A DNA stretch of 64,000 bases, taken from positions 736,001 to 800,000 of the forward strand of contig CAWETW010000003.1 in assembly GCA_963812155.1 (NCBI GenBank). Reading direction: 5' to 3'. Positions 19,500-30,166 of the stretch are shown here, piece by piece; within the stretch, counting starts at the first letter, position 1, and the number at the start of each line of letters is the position of its first letter. The notes beneath the pieces are model-generated. The model searched no databases. It was not told the DNA's origin and saw nothing but the letters and a program-made list of their open reading frames with translations. Source of the DNA: Vulcanimicrobiota bacterium (lineage in GTDB: Bacteria; Vulcanimicrobiota; Vulcanimicrobiia; Vulcanimicrobiales; Vulcanimicrobiaceae). A program made the position numbers and the translations under genes.

Positions 19500-20698
19500 C
19501 GCCCAACGATTGCGGCACAGAGGCGGCGGGCTTCGGCGACGTCGACGTTTTGACGCCTCACGAACAACTTGCGCCAATACGCCTTTCCCGTGAGTTTCGC
19601 GATGAGATCTGAGACTTCGCGCGCGTCGGCAAGTGCGTTGCCGGTGCCCACCCAGACGGTGTGTTCGTGCCCGACTCCGAGCGGAAGACGGTGCAGCACC
19701 TGCGACTGCTCGTCGGCCCACACGTTTTGCGAGCCGAAGGCTTCGGAGAGCGCGCGTTCGCACGCCTCGTACTTGCGCAAATCGCGCTCGGCGTTGAACT
19801 CGACGGCGAGCGCGTACACGACGATTCGTTCGCGCAAGGCGCGCGCTGCGTCGCTTTGATGGTCGGCGAGTTCGTTGAGCACGCGGAAGTCGTCCCAGCG
19901 CGCGAACTCGCGAATCGGATCGAGAGCGCGAGGATCCGGCCAGAGCTCGCGCAGCACGTCTTGCAGCACGCGTTCGAAAATCCGCGTCGTGTGATGGAAG
20001 TAGACGGACGCGAACATCATGTAGCGCGCCATCACGAACGACTCGAGCGCGACGACGCCGCGCGCGTCGATGCCCATGACGACGCGTCCGTCGCGTTGGT
20101 AGAGCCGCAGCGACGCGACGAGTTGTTCGGCATCGTACCGGCCCGTCGCGATTCCGGTAAAGTAGGCGTCGCGTTGGAGATAATCCATCCGATCGGCGTC
20201 CAGATTCGGGCCGCTCACCAGTTCCCGCAGCGCCGGGTACCGGCTCTCGGGCTCGCCGAGGATGAGTCCGAGCACTTCGAGCGGATCGACTTCGAGCGCT
20301 TCAAGTGCCGCGCGAACGTCGGGAAGCGCGAGCAGTTCGCCCGTGCGTTCCTCGTGACGAACGCCCAGCACCGCCTCGCAGGCGTGGCTGAACGGTCCAT
20401 GCCCGACATCGTGCAGCAGCAGCGCGGCTCGCACCAGTCGCCGCTGCCGGTCGACGTCGGCCGCATCCGCGAAAAACTCTGGGCCTTGGCGGACCAACTC
20501 GTCGAAGGCGCGCGTGCCCATCGCGAGCGCTCCCAGCGCATGGCTGAAGCGCGAATGCTCCGCCGACGGAAACGCGAGGTAGGCCAGGCCGAGCTGGCGC
20601 AGACGGCGCAGGCGCTGCATGACCGGAAGGTCGAGCAGGCGCGCCTCCGTATCCGAAAGTCCGATGAAGTGATGGACCGGATCGAAGATACGCTTCAC
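19496..20698 (-). CDS. HD-domain phosphohydrolase (YwfO/SAMHD1-like)
   Basis: QRLRRLRQLG, HSRFSH, LHDVGHGPFSH and DADRMDYL.RD motifs. Confidence 0.9.
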   Translation of the reverse strand: MKRIFDPVHHFIGLSDTEARLLDLPVMQRLRRLRQLGLAYLAFPSAEHSRFSHALGALAMGTRAFDELVRQGPEFFADAADVDRQRRLVRAALLLHDVGHGPFSHACEAVLGVRHEERTGELLALPDVRAALEALEVDPLEVLGLILGEPESRYPALRELVSGPNLDADRMDYLQRDAYFTGIATGRYDAEQLVASLRLYQRDGRVVMGIDARGVVALESFVMARYMMFASVYFHHTTRIFERVLQDVLRELWPDPRALDPIREFARWDDFRVLNELADHQSDAARALRERIVVYALAVEFNAERDLRKYEACERALSEAFGSQNVWADEQSQVLHRLPLGVGHEHTVWVGTGNALADAREVSDLIAKLTGKAYWRKLFVRRQNVDVAEARRLCAAIVGR

Positions 20699-20784
20699 CG
20701 CGGGGCTGTTTCCGGCACGAGGGCGGCGCTCCTCGCGCCGGTGCGCCGGCACGAAAACGCGCGGCGGTGTAGAAGGTTGCGCGA

Positions 20785-22575
20785 GTGAGATTCGATCGGA
20801 CGGCGATCGCCGAGATTCACGCTCGCCTCGACATTGCGCGCGTGATCGGCGAGTACGTGCCGTTGAAAAAACGCGGCAACGATCTGGTCGGCCTGTGTCC
20901 GTTTCACGGCGAGAAGACGCCTTCGTTTCACGTCCATCCCGATCGCGGTTTCTTCAAGTGCTTCGGATGCGGCGCCGGCGGCGACGCGATTGCCTTCGTG
21001 CAGCGGATCGAGAACGTGCCGTTCGCCGACGCCGTCCGAACGCTCGCCGCAAAAGCCGGCGTCGAACTGGAGCCGGAGAATCCGGGCGCCGCGCGCGCGC
21101 GTACCGAACGGGAAGCAATCTACGAAGCCAACCGCATTGCGGCGGCATACTTCGCACGAATGCTCGGCAGCGACGCAGGACGCCGTGCACGCGCGTATTG
21201 CGCGCAGCGCGGCCTCGCCGACGAAACCGCGGCAGCGTTTGCACTTGGCTACGCCCCGGATTCCTGGAGCGGGCTCGTCGACGAGCTCGAGCGTGCAGGC
21301 GTGGGCTTGAGCGTTGCCGCTTCGGCCGGACTACTGAAACCCGGGCAGCGCGGTTACTACGATTTCTATCGCGATCGCCTGATGGTCCCGACGTACTCCA
21401 CGACCGGCGAAGTCATCGCGTTCGGCGGCCGGGCGCTCGGCGATGGCGAGCCGAAATATCTCAACACGACGACCACGCCGGTGTACGTCAAGGGACGGCA
21501 TCTCTACGCCCTCAACGTCGCGCGCCGTGCCGCGCAGGCCGACCGCACGCTCATCGTGGTCGAGGGCTACCTGGATTGCATCGCGCTCCACCAGGCCGGC
21601 TTCAAAAATACCGTGGCGGCGCTCGGTACGGCGTTTACGCCGGAGCAGGCGACCGAGCTTCGGAAGTACGCCGATTACGTGTTCTTGTGTTTCGACGGCG
21701 ACGCCGCCGGCAGTGCGGCTGCAACCAAAGCGGTCGACATCGCGTCTAAGAGCATCGAGCATGCGGGCTCCGCCGTCCGCATCGTGATGCTTCCTCCGGG
21801 CGACGACCCCGACGGCTTCGTACGCCGGTCGGGCGCAGAGGCGTTCCGAAAACTGCTCGACGACGCAAAGCCCGCTATTGCTTTCCGTATCGATGCCGAA
21901 ATCGAGCGCTTTCGAGCCGGGTTCGAATCCCCGGCCGCGCTGGCGCCGAAGGCGGAGGCGCTGATACGGGAAATGGTGCCCCGCGAGGAATGGGATCGCT
22001 GGCGCGTTTACGTTGCAGGCAGGCTGCAGGTGAGCGCCGACGACCTTCGGAATAGCCGGTTCCTCGCAAACAGCGCGAACTTCGCACCACGTTCGGAGGA
22101 TCGTCGCCTCGACAGCCGCCACGTGCGTGCGTCGATGGAACCGCTCTCTTTCGAACGCGAGGTCGTGGGCATTCTACTCGAGGAACCGGCCCTGGCCGAG
22201 GAATTCGGCGAGCGCATCTCCGCGGAACGATTTCGCAACGATCTCTACCGGCGAATCTACGAACGCATCGTAGGCGCCGGTGGAACCGTAACGAGCACCG
22301 GCGACGTTTTCGGATTGTTTGGCGAAGACCAGGCAAGCCTCGACGCCCTGGCGGCACTGGGAGCGCGCGATCGAAGTTCGGCGGTACGTTACAGCGGTTC
22401 CGAGGAACGGCGCGCGCATCTCGAGCGGGTCGTCGAACGCTTGCAGCAGGACGAGGCGCTGCAGCGGTACCGCGAACTCTCGCGGTCGATCGACGAGGAA
22501 CTGAGCGCCGGCCGTCCGGTCTCTTCGCAAGTTCGCGACGAGTTCGACGCTCTGGTAGCGAGATTAAAGCGGTGA
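20785..22575 (+). CDS. dnaG: DNA primase
   Basis: CPFH...CFGC zinc finger; TOPRIM EGYLD and DGDAAG motifs. Confidence 0.97.
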   Translation: MRFDRTAIAEIHARLDIARVIGEYVPLKKRGNDLVGLCPFHGEKTPSFHVHPDRGFFKCFGCGAGGDAIAFVQRIENVPFADAVRTLAAKAGVELEPENPGAARARTEREAIYEANRIAAAYFARMLGSDAGRRARAYCAQRGLADETAAAFALGYAPDSWSGLVDELERAGVGLSVAASAGLLKPGQRGYYDFYRDRLMVPTYSTTGEVIAFGGRALGDGEPKYLNTTTTPVYVKGRHLYALNVARRAAQADRTLIVVEGYLDCIALHQAGFKNTVAALGTAFTPEQATELRKYADYVFLCFDGDAAGSAAATKAVDIASKSIEHAGSAVRIVMLPPGDDPDGFVRRSGAEAFRKLLDDAKPAIAFRIDAEIERFRAGFESPAALAPKAEALIREMVPREEWDRWRVYVAGRLQVSADDLRNSRFLANSANFAPRSEDRRLDSRHVRASMEPLSFEREVVGILLEEPALAEEFGERISAERFRNDLYRRIYERIVGAGGTVTSTGDVFGLFGEDQASLDALAALGARDRSSAVRYSGSEERRAHLERVVERLQQDEALQRYRELSRSIDEELSAGRPVSSQVRDEFDALVARLKR

Positions 22576-23807
22576 GGGGCGAAAGCAACGGTTTTGGGAA
22601 AATGAGCGACGATTTGGAACGAAAGGGGGTGAAAAACAAAGTGGCTCGCAAAAAGGGCGGCGCCGCCGTGGCCGACGCGCCTCCGGCGACTCTCGACGAA
22701 CTCAAAAAGAAGCTGCTGGCGCGCGGCAAAAGCCAGGGCTCGCTCACCTATGAAGAAATCAACGCAGCGTTCGACGCGCTCGAAGAGGTGACGCCCGAGC
22801 AACTCGACGAGTTTTTCGAAGAGATTACGGCCGCCGGCATCGAGATCGCCGACGATCAAAAAGACGAGAAGCCCGAAGCCGAGGGCGAGGAAGAGCCCGA
22901 AGAGCCGATTCCCGACGGGCTTTCGCTCGACGATCCCGTTCGCATGTATCTCAAGGAGATCGGCCGGGTTCCGCTGCTATCGATGGAGCAAGAGAAATCG
23001 CTGGCGATGCGCATCGAAGCCGGCGAGTTGGAATCGCGCCGCGACGGCGTTGCGGACTTGGCGCTGACGGATTCGGGCGAAGAGGCCAAACGCCAGCTCA
23101 CCGAAGCCAATCTCCGTCTCGTCGTTTCGATCGCCAAGAAATACGTCGGGCGCGGCATGCTGTTCTTGGATCTCATTCAGGAGGGCAATCTCGGATTGAT
23201 CCGCGCGGTCGAAAAATTCGACTATCGCAAGGGCTACAAGTTTTCCACCTATGCGACGTGGTGGATCCGCCAAGCGATTACACGCGCACTCGCCGATCAA
23301 GCCCGCACGATCCGGATACCCGTGCATATGGTCGAGACGATCAATCGCTTGATCAAAGTCTCGCGCCAGCTACTGCAGGAACTGGGCCGCGAGCCTTCGG
23401 TCGACGAGATCGCCGAAGCGATGGGGCTCACTCCCGAAAAAGTGCGCGAGGTCATGAAGATTTCGCAGGAGCCGATCTCGCTGGAGACGCCCATAGGCGA
23501 AGAGGAAGACTCGCACCTCGGCGATTTCATCGAAGACCAGGAGGCGGTCGCTCCCGCAGAGGCGGCCTCCGTAATGCTGCTCAAAGAGAAAATGCAGGAC
23601 GTTCTGCAAAACCTGACCGAGCGCGAGCGCAAGGTGCTCGTGCTGCGTTTCGGCCTGGAAGACGGGCATCAGCGGACGCTCGAGGAGGTCGGCCAGGAGT
23701 TCGGCGTGACGCGCGAGCGGATCCGGCAAATCGAGGCCAAAGCCTTACGGAAGCTGCGCCACCCGTCACGCGGCAAAGCGCTTAAAGACTATTGGAGCAA
23801 CGAGTAG
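22572..23807 (+). CDS. rpoD: RNA polymerase primary sigma factor
   Basis: [30 protein letters not shown] and TRERIRQIE motifs; start may be 22602 or later. Confidence 0.97.
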   Translation: MRGESNGFGKMSDDLERKGVKNKVARKKGGAAVADAPPATLDELKKKLLARGKSQGSLTYEEINAAFDALEEVTPEQLDEFFEEITAAGIEIADDQKDEKPEAEGEEEPEEPIPDGLSLDDPVRMYLKEIGRVPLLSMEQEKSLAMRIEAGELESRRDGVADLALTDSGEEAKRQLTEANLRLVVSIAKKYVGRGMLFLDLIQEGNLGLIRAVEKFDYRKGYKFSTYATWWIRQAITRALADQARTIRIPVHMVETINRLIKVSRQLLQELGREPSVDEIAEAMGLTPEKVREVMKISQEPISLETPIGEEEDSHLGDFIEDQEAVAPAEAASVMLLKEKMQDVLQNLTERERKVLVLRFGLEDGHQRTLEEVGQEFGVTRERIRQIEAKALRKLRHPSRGKALKDYWSNE

Positions 23808-23849
23808 CGGCCCAAGCGTAACGGCGCGCCGCGCCAGGACGTTTATCAG

Positions 23850-24521
23850 ATGATGCTTTTTGCAGCCTGGCTGGCCGTCGCGCTGGCTCTGCCGGTGACG
23901 GCGCCCTCGCCCTCGCCCGCCCCCTCATCCTCGCCGCGCGATCTCAAAACGATCGTCACGGTCATTTCGTCGCCGTACTGCAACGCGCTCGCGCAGCATT
24001 TCAACGGCGCGCTAGTGCCGATGCTGGGCAACGATCGCGTCTTCAACAGCGTCAGCGTCCAGCTCGACGACATGAACGCGATGTTCAACTATCCCGACTA
24101 CGCCAACCGTTTTCTGGACCTTCGCACGAAGATCGTCAAGGAGTCGGATTCCCTGGTGAAGTCGCTCTATCCGATTCGTGAACAGATCGACCAACTGAAT
24201 CAGGCGGCCTCGCAATCGCAGGATGCTGCGGCCTCCAAGCAGCTGCGCGACGCGGCCTCACAACTCCAGGACGCGTACCGGCATCAGTTCCAACTCTCGA
24301 CCGACCTTACGAGCCTCGCTCAGTCGATGCTGCAGTACGACGTTACCGCCCATCCGCATCCGCTCAACGGCTGGACTTTGCAAGAACAAGCGATGCCCGC
24401 CGACGAGAAAAACATCAAAGTGTACCTGCACTTCGACAAGCAGCGGACCAGCATCGACAGCGCTGAAGACAAAGCCGTCGACATCGCCTACGACATCGCG
24501 CAGACCCGCTGCACGAAGTAG
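23850..24521 (+). CDS. Secreted helical hypothetical protein
   Basis: Signal peptide, PSPSP linker, amphipathic helices, two Cys. Confidence 0.7.
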   Translation: MMLFAAWLAVALALPVTAPSPSPAPSSSPRDLKTIVTVISSPYCNALAQHFNGALVPMLGNDRVFNSVSVQLDDMNAMFNYPDYANRFLDLRTKIVKESDSLVKSLYPIREQIDQLNQAASQSQDAAASKQLRDAASQLQDAYRHQFQLSTDLTSLAQSMLQYDVTAHPHPLNGWTLQEQAMPADEKNIKVYLHFDKQRTSIDSAEDKAVDIAYDIAQTRCTK

Positions 24522-24537
24522 CGCGCGCTAAAGCGTG

Positions 24538-25215
24538 CTACATATCGTCTTTTTCGGCGTTGGCCGACGGGACGACGAGCGGGTTTTTATCGGCGAAGGC
24601 GCCGTTGGGATTGGGCTTGACCCACACGATGAGATCCCAAAGCGACGGGAATAAAAAGACGCGCTTGACGTCGGCGACGTTTTTCGCGATGCCCATTTTT
24701 ACGAGCGTCTCGGCTTGCGGATCGTCGACGCTGCCGCCGGCTGCGGTAAACTTCTTCGCGCTCAGCCCGCCGTAGGTCTCGGTGCCGTTGGGGCCGGCGA
24801 GAATATAGTGCACGTGTTCGCGAAACGAAATCCAGCGCTGGTACTTGACGCCCCACAGTTTAGGCGGCTCGGCCGACTGGCTCTGCGGCACCGAGAAGTC
24901 GGCGCCGAGGAGATTTCCGTGCACGTCGTACCACAGCTGGCTTGGTTCTTGCGGCGATCCGCTGTTCCACTTGAGGTTCGCGTAGCTGATCGCTCCGGTC
25001 GAATCTTCGTTGCCGTACCGGAAGTAGCCGGCCTGTTCGGCGGCTTGCGGCGTTGCGAATCGCGAGTTGAGATCTTTTTGGATCGAGACGATGAATGCCG
25101 TTTCGGTGCCTTGCGGCATCGGCGAAAGCGACGCTTTCGGTGCAGGAGTAGCGGCGATGGCGGTGCCGGCGGTGCAAAACAGCGCCGCGGCGACGGCCCA
25201 TGTGCGAATGGTCAC
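24538..25215 (-). CDS. Secreted hypothetical protein
   Basis: GTG start, signal peptide, AEQAGY...LWY...VW.KPNPNGAF...NP pattern. Confidence 0.7.
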   Translation of the reverse strand: MTIRTWAVAAALFCTAGTAIAATPAPKASLSPMPQGTETAFIVSIQKDLNSRFATPQAAEQAGYFRYGNEDSTGAISYANLKWNSGSPQEPSQLWYDVHGNLLGADFSVPQSQSAEPPKLWGVKYQRWISFREHVHYILAGPNGTETYGGLSAKKFTAAGGSVDDPQAETLVKMGIAKNVADVKRVFLFPSLWDLIVWVKPNPNGAFADKNPLVVPSANAEKDDM

Positions 25216-25229
25216 GCGGGAGCCCTTTC

Positions 25230-26118
25230 TTACGGAGAAGCAGAAGCCGCCGGCGTCGGCGTAGGAGGCTCCGGCGTCGGCCAAGGTGTCGGCGTTGGTG
25301 TCGTCAACGGAGGGGGCGTTTTCCTGCTCTTGCTTCCCCCCGCCGGACCGAACGGCGTCGCCGGCGGCTGCGTCGGAAACGTCGCTTTGGGCATCAGCAG
25401 ATCTTGCGTGGGCGGATGCGGCGTTTGGATCGCAACGGTTCCGTTTGCAAGCACGGTCAGCGTGGCTTCGGTGCGTGCCGGCAGTTCGGAGCCCGCCTTG
25501 AGCACGAAATTCTTCCCAGAGCGGAAGATGTGGTAGAGGAAGTGGTAGGGGATCACCTGATCTTCGATCGTGTCCTCCCACTCGACCGTCGACTCGTGAC
25601 CGGCAGAAATGTGCGGTTCGAGGCGTCCGACGGGAGCGCGCAACGGCAACGTTCGCCCGTCCGGAAGCGTCATCGGCTCGAAGAAGACGTCGATGAAACC
25701 ATAGACGTCGCCGATGTCGGCCGCCGACGAGTCGACGATGCGGATTTGAACGGCCGTTCCCGCGGGAGCCACGATATGGCCGCCGACCGAGAGCGCATCC
25801 CTGAGATGCGCCGGCACGATTTGACCGGCGTGCGATGAACTGGAAGACAGCGCACCGTCGAGCACCAGGGTCAGATTTGAATCGAACGGCAGCGTATTTC
25901 CCGCCGGCGCCGGGCTTGGCGTCGTCGATGCCGTTGGCGCGGGCGTGGGCGTTACCGGATAGGCCGCGACCGAACCCGCGCCGAGCAAAACGAGCGCCGC
26001 GAATGCGCCGCCGGCCGCGGCCGGCGCGCGCGTGGAGCGCTTAGCTGGCGCGCCGCTCGCGGGCTTCGGCCGAGGCGCGTTTTCCTTCTTCGATGAGCTG
26101 CTTAACTCGTTGGCCACC
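25230..26118 (-). CDS. Secreted hypothetical protein with TrbI/VirB10-like beta domain
   Basis: L..ALSS.....GQ.V.A.L...L.VGG.IVAPAGT pattern with PT-rich ends; start uncertain. Confidence 0.55.
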
Positions 26119-26376
26119 TTTTTGTCCGATGCGTTCGTAGAAGTTGGGTCCGTAGCGATCGCGTGTCGCTTCGCCGCCCTTCTTTCCACCTTTCTTGCCG
26201 ATTTGCTCGTAAAACTCGTGGCCGTGCGCCTCTTTGGTCGCCAGCCCGCCCTTACGGCCGATCTGTTCGTAAAACTCAGGACCGTAACGCTTCTTGACGG
26301 CCTCGCCGCCTTTTTGACCCGCTTCGCGGACGGACATTCCGCCGGAGCGTTTGGATGGTTCGAGGGTCCCTGACAT
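26041..26376 (-). CDS. KGG-repeat general stress protein (GsiB/Em-like)
   Basis: MSVREAGQKGG plus three G..FYE.IG.KGG repeats. Confidence 0.9.
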   Translation of the reverse strand: MSGTLEPSKRSGGMSVREAGQKGGEAVKKRYGPEFYEQIGRKGGLATKEAHGHEFYEQIGKKGGKKGGEATRDRYGPNFYERIGQKGGQRVKQLIEEGKRASAEARERRAS

Positions 26377-26532
26377 GTTGCGTTCTTTCACCTTGTTGGT
26401 TCGTGCCGTCCCTGGCGGACGGCGGTACCTTTCACTCTCCTAGAACGCAAGCGCGGGCTCGAAAGTTGGTACCGGCGACGTTTGCGCCCATAAACTTGAG
26501 CGGATTGATGACTTAAGTCGTGACCGATTCAT

Positions 26533-26982
26533 CTAAAATTCACGTTTTGAGTCGAGCAGCAGCGTCACGGGCCCGGCGTTGACGAGTTCGACGTCCATGT
26601 CGGCGCCAAACTCACCGTAGGCGACGCGCACGCCGCGCGCCGCGATCTCACGACCGACGCGATCGAAGAGCGTGCGCGCGAGTTCTCCCTTCATCGCGCG
26701 CGCGAACGACGGACGCCGGCCCTTGCGCGCGTCGCCGTGGAGCGTGAACTGCGAGACGAGCAAAACCGCACCGGCAACGTCGGTCACGCAACGATTCATC
26801 AATCCTTCGCCGTCGGCAAAGATGCGCAGTCCGCAGATCTTTTCCGCGAGCCATGCGGCATCGGAGACGCCGTCGTCGACGCCGATGCTTGCGAGCACCA
26901 GCAGGCCGCTTCCGATGTCGCCGGCAATGCGGTCGCCGACGCGTACGCACGCGCGCGAAACGCGCTGCACGACCGCGCGCAC
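26533..26982 (-). CDS. dtd: D-aminoacyl-tRNA deacylase
   Basis: RAVVQRV, SQFTL, GRRPSF and NAGPVT motifs. Confidence 0.95.
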   Translation of the reverse strand: MRAVVQRVSRACVRVGDRIAGDIGSGLLVLASIGVDDGVSDAAWLAEKICGLRIFADGEGLMNRCVTDVAGAVLLVSQFTLHGDARKGRRPSFARAMKGELARTLFDRVGREIAARGVRVAYGEFGADMDVELVNAGPVTLLLDSKREF

Positions 26983-26989
26983 GTGCCGG

Positions 26990-27883
26990 CTACTTCGAAA
27001 ACATCGAGGAGAGCGCGAACAATGCGTTCTCGCGACGCTCGAGGACGCGACGGTAGAAGTAACCCGCCCAATGCGTTCCAAACGGCACGTACACGCGCAG
27101 GCGGTAGCCCTCCGCGACGAGCTGCCGCTGAACGTTCGGACGGCATCCGTACAGCATTTGAAACTCGAAGCGTTCGGGTGCGATGCCTTCTGCGGCGACG
27201 AACTCCTTGACGCGCGCGATCAACCGGCGATCGTGCGTGGCGATACCGGGATAGGTTCCGCGCATGAGGAGTTCGCGCGCAAGCCGGATGAAGTTTTCAC
27301 GAATCTCCGGCATGCTCCGATAGGCGATTTCCGGCGGTTCCTTATAGGCTCCCTTGCAAAGCCGCACGCGCGCGCGCAGTTCGATCGCGCGCCGGACGTC
27401 GCCGGCGGTGCGCTTCAAGTACGCCTGCAGCACGATGCCGACGTTCTGTTCGCGCGCGAAAGCGCGTTCGAAGACTCGCAGCGTCGCCTCGGTTACGGCC
27501 GAGCCCTCCATATCGATGCGGACGAAGGGATCGGCGTTCGCGCGAGCGCGCTGCACGACGCGCAGCAAATTCTCTAGGGCAAAGTCTTCGCCGACGAGCA
27601 AGCCCATCGCCGTGAGCTTCACCGAGACGTTCGAATCCACGCCGCTGCGTGAAAGAGCGTCGAGGATCCGCACGTACGTGTCGGCGGTTTCGACGGCGGC
27701 TTTGCGCTCGAGCACGTCTTCGCCGAGATAGTCGAGCGTCGCGGACATGCCGCGCGCGTTGAGTTCCCGGACGGTCTCGATCGCGGCGTCGATCGTCTCG
27801 CCGGGCACGAAGCGCTTGGCGAGAAAGAAGAAGTTTTTTTGGAAACCGGAGTCCGGAGCGAACAAGCGATCGAGAACCGCCAT
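26990..27883 (-). CDS. Monofunctional proline dehydrogenase
   Basis: RFVPGET, RIDME, RLCKGAY, ATHD, FQMLYG and YFYRR motifs. Confidence 0.92.
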   Translation of the reverse strand: MAVLDRLFAPDSGFQKNFFFLAKRFVPGETIDAAIETVRELNARGMSATLDYLGEDVLERKAAVETADTYVRILDALSRSGVDSNVSVKLTAMGLLVGEDFALENLLRVVQRARANADPFVRIDMEGSAVTEATLRVFERAFAREQNVGIVLQAYLKRTAGDVRRAIELRARVRLCKGAYKEPPEIAYRSMPEIRENFIRLARELLMRGTYPGIATHDRRLIARVKEFVAAEGIAPERFEFQMLYGCRPNVQRQLVAEGYRLRVYVPFGTHWAGYFYRRVLERRENALFALSSMFSK

Positions 27884-27907
27884 GCGTCAACCTCGTAGGT
27901 GGGTGCC

Positions 27908-28684
27908 CTACAGTACGACGCCGCGGCGAAGAATCCACGCGCCGGCCAGTGCCGCCGCCGCCAGCACGATGAAGCCGTAGGAAAGCGCCAGCGCTTCGCG
28001 CACGCCCGAGGCCGAAAGCGTGACGTACAAAGCGACCGGAAGCGAACTCGGATGGTACGCGACGATGCTCGTGGCGCCGTACTCGCCGATGGCGCGCAGC
28101 CAGGCGAACGCGACGCCCGCGCCGACGCCGGCAGCCGCGCCGGGTAAGGCGACGCGCGCGAAGATGCGCCACTCCCCCGCGCCCAGCGTGCGGGCCGCGT
28201 CTTCGTAGACGGGATCGATCCCGGCGAACGCGGCCGTCGCAGCAATGGCAACGAACGATCCCGAGACGAAGAACTCGGCAACGGCGACGCCGAGCAGCGA
28301 ATCGACGACCGAAATGCCGTGGCCTGCAAGCCAGCCGCCGAGCGGCGCGTGAATGCCGAAAACGTAGAGCAGCATCAGGCCGGAGGCGACCGGCGGAAAC
28401 GCCAGCGGCAGCGCGAGCGCGAAGATCGCGGGCGCTCGCACCCGCGAAGGGGCGCGTGCGAGCGCGTAACCGGCGGGCACGCCCAGCAGCGTCGCGGCAA
28501 GCGTCGCACCGAGCGAGGCGATCAGCGAAACGCGCAGCGCCGAGCGGCCGTCGACGGCGAGCGCCGCCATAGCCTCGTGCGGCGGAACGGTTAGGAGAAC
28601 CACGGCGACGGGCCCGAGTGCGGCGACGACCAAGATTGCGGCCGCCAGCGGAAAGAGGGGGCTCGGAAGCGGACGCGGCATCAT
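27908..28684 (-). CDS. ABC transporter permease, ModB/CysT-like
   Basis: LPLAFPPVASG, YEDAARTLGA and RAIGEYGAT motifs. Confidence 0.85.
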   Translation of the reverse strand: MMPRPLPSPLFPLAAAILVVAALGPVAVVLLTVPPHEAMAALAVDGRSALRVSLIASLGATLAATLLGVPAGYALARAPSRVRAPAIFALALPLAFPPVASGLMLLYVFGIHAPLGGWLAGHGISVVDSLLGVAVAEFFVSGSFVAIAATAAFAGIDPVYEDAARTLGAGEWRIFARVALPGAAAGVGAGVAFAWLRAIGEYGATSIVAYHPSSLPVALYVTLSASGVREALALSYGFIVLAAAALAGAWILRRGVVL

Positions 28685-28693
28685 CGAAAACCC

Positions 28694-29260
28694 GTGGCAG
28701 CGAGCCTGTTCAAGGTCTTCGTCATCGCGCTGAGTTTGTCACTCGACGTTTTCGCCGTGAGTGTCGGGGTCGGCATTCGCGGGGTCCCTCCCGGGATGAA
28801 GTGGCGCATCGGCATCGCTTTCGCCTGCGCGGAAGTCTTCATGAACGTTGCGGGCGCGGGGCTCGGTCTCGCCGCCGGACGCCTCATCGGTCCGGCAGCC
28901 GCTTACATTGGTTTCGTCGCCCTGTTCGCACTCGGCACGTACATGATGTACGAAAGCCGGAGCAAACGCACGGGGTCGCAAAAGCTCGATCTTTCCAAGG
29001 GATGGGGATTGGCGCTCGCGTCGCTTTCGATCAGTCTCGACTCGCTCGGCATCGGTTTCTCGATCCTCTACATCGGCGTTCCGCTGCCGATCTCGCTGGT
29101 GGTGATTGCCGTGTTCTCGGTCGCTTCGACCGCGGCGGGGCTCGCGCTAGGCGGACGCTTGGGCGGCTACGCGGAGCGCTACGCCGCGTTCCTCGGCGGC
29201 CTGCTGCTCGCGCTGACCGGCATCGTATTCATCGCCCTGAAGATCTTCCACGTTGGCTAA
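28694..29260 (+). CDS. mntP: Manganese efflux pump MntP family
   Basis: LSLDVFAVS and SISLDSLGIG repeats; 6 TMs. Confidence 0.8.
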   Translation: MAASLFKVFVIALSLSLDVFAVSVGVGIRGVPPGMKWRIGIAFACAEVFMNVAGAGLGLAAGRLIGPAAAYIGFVALFALGTYMMYESRSKRTGSQKLDLSKGWGLALASLSISLDSLGIGFSILYIGVPLPISLVVIAVFSVASTAAGLALGGRLGGYAERYAAFLGGLLLALTGIVFIALKIFHVG

Positions 29261-29275
29261 CCGAAGCGTCGCGCC

Positions 29276-30166
29276 ATGAATGCCGGCAGCGCGATCTTCG
29301 ATCTCGCCGGCACTGCGGGCGCCGGAACGCTTTTCGTCGTCGGCACCGGAAAGAACGTCGGAAAGACGGTGACCGCGCGGGCAATCTACCAAGCCGCGGT
29401 CGCACGCGGACGCCGCATCGGCATCGCGTCGGTGGGGCGCGACGGAGAAGCCATCGACGTCGCGGACGGCGCGCCCAAACCGCGGCTGTTCTTGCACCCC
29501 GGCACGTTCTTCGCCACGGCGCGCGACGTGCTGCCGTCGTCGCCCGCGGTGGAATACGTGGAAGATTCGTCGCTGCAAACGGCGACCGGAACGCTGGTCT
29601 ATGCGCGAGTCGTGTCCGGCGCTCACTACGAACTCGTCGGTCCGCCGAGTGCGTCGGGCGTGCGCGAAGCGGTCGCGGTGCTGCAATCGCACTGCGAAAC
29701 GGTCGTCGTCGACGGCGCGATCGACCGAGTGGCCGCGCTCGCGGGCATGCCGGGAGGAATCGTCGTCGCCGCGGGTGCGTCGGCGGGAAGCACGCCGGAC
29801 GAAGCGGTCGACGCGATCCGCGCGTTGGTGCAACGATTGACGGTCCCGGCCTCCGACCCGGCACGCGCTGCACTTGAAATCGACGGCGCGCTCACGCCGG
29901 CGCGCGCGGCGGAACTCGTCGAGGCGCGCGAGTCGCGTCAAGTCGTCGTCGGCGATCCGACGCAGATCGCGTTAACGGGACGGGCCGCCGTGCACGCCTT
30001 TGCGCGGTTGCAGATTCGGTGCTTGCGTCCGCTGCACGTCGTCGCGGCGACGGTTGCGTCAATCGGACGCGAGCGCAGTTTCGAACCGCGTGCCTTCGCG
30101 CGCGCGGTCGCGTCGGCCACCGGATTGCCGACGTTCGACGTCTACGCCGGCGAACGCGCCGCGTGA
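29276..30166 (+). CDS. kamB: KamB-like protein (lysine 5,6-aminomutase reactivase subunit)
   Basis: VGTGKNVGKT, SVGRDGE..D, KPR and DGAIDR motifs; directly upstream of a MutS-V ATPase and kce. Confidence 0.65.
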   Translation: MNAGSAIFDLAGTAGAGTLFVVGTGKNVGKTVTARAIYQAAVARGRRIGIASVGRDGEAIDVADGAPKPRLFLHPGTFFATARDVLPSSPAVEYVEDSSLQTATGTLVYARVVSGAHYELVGPPSASGVREAVAVLQSHCETVVVDGAIDRVAALAGMPGGIVVAAGASAGSTPDEAVDAIRALVQRLTVPASDPARAALEIDGALTPARAAELVEARESRQVVVGDPTQIALTGRAAVHAFARLQIRCLRPLHVVAATVASIGRERSFEPRAFARAVASATGLPTFDVYAGERAA

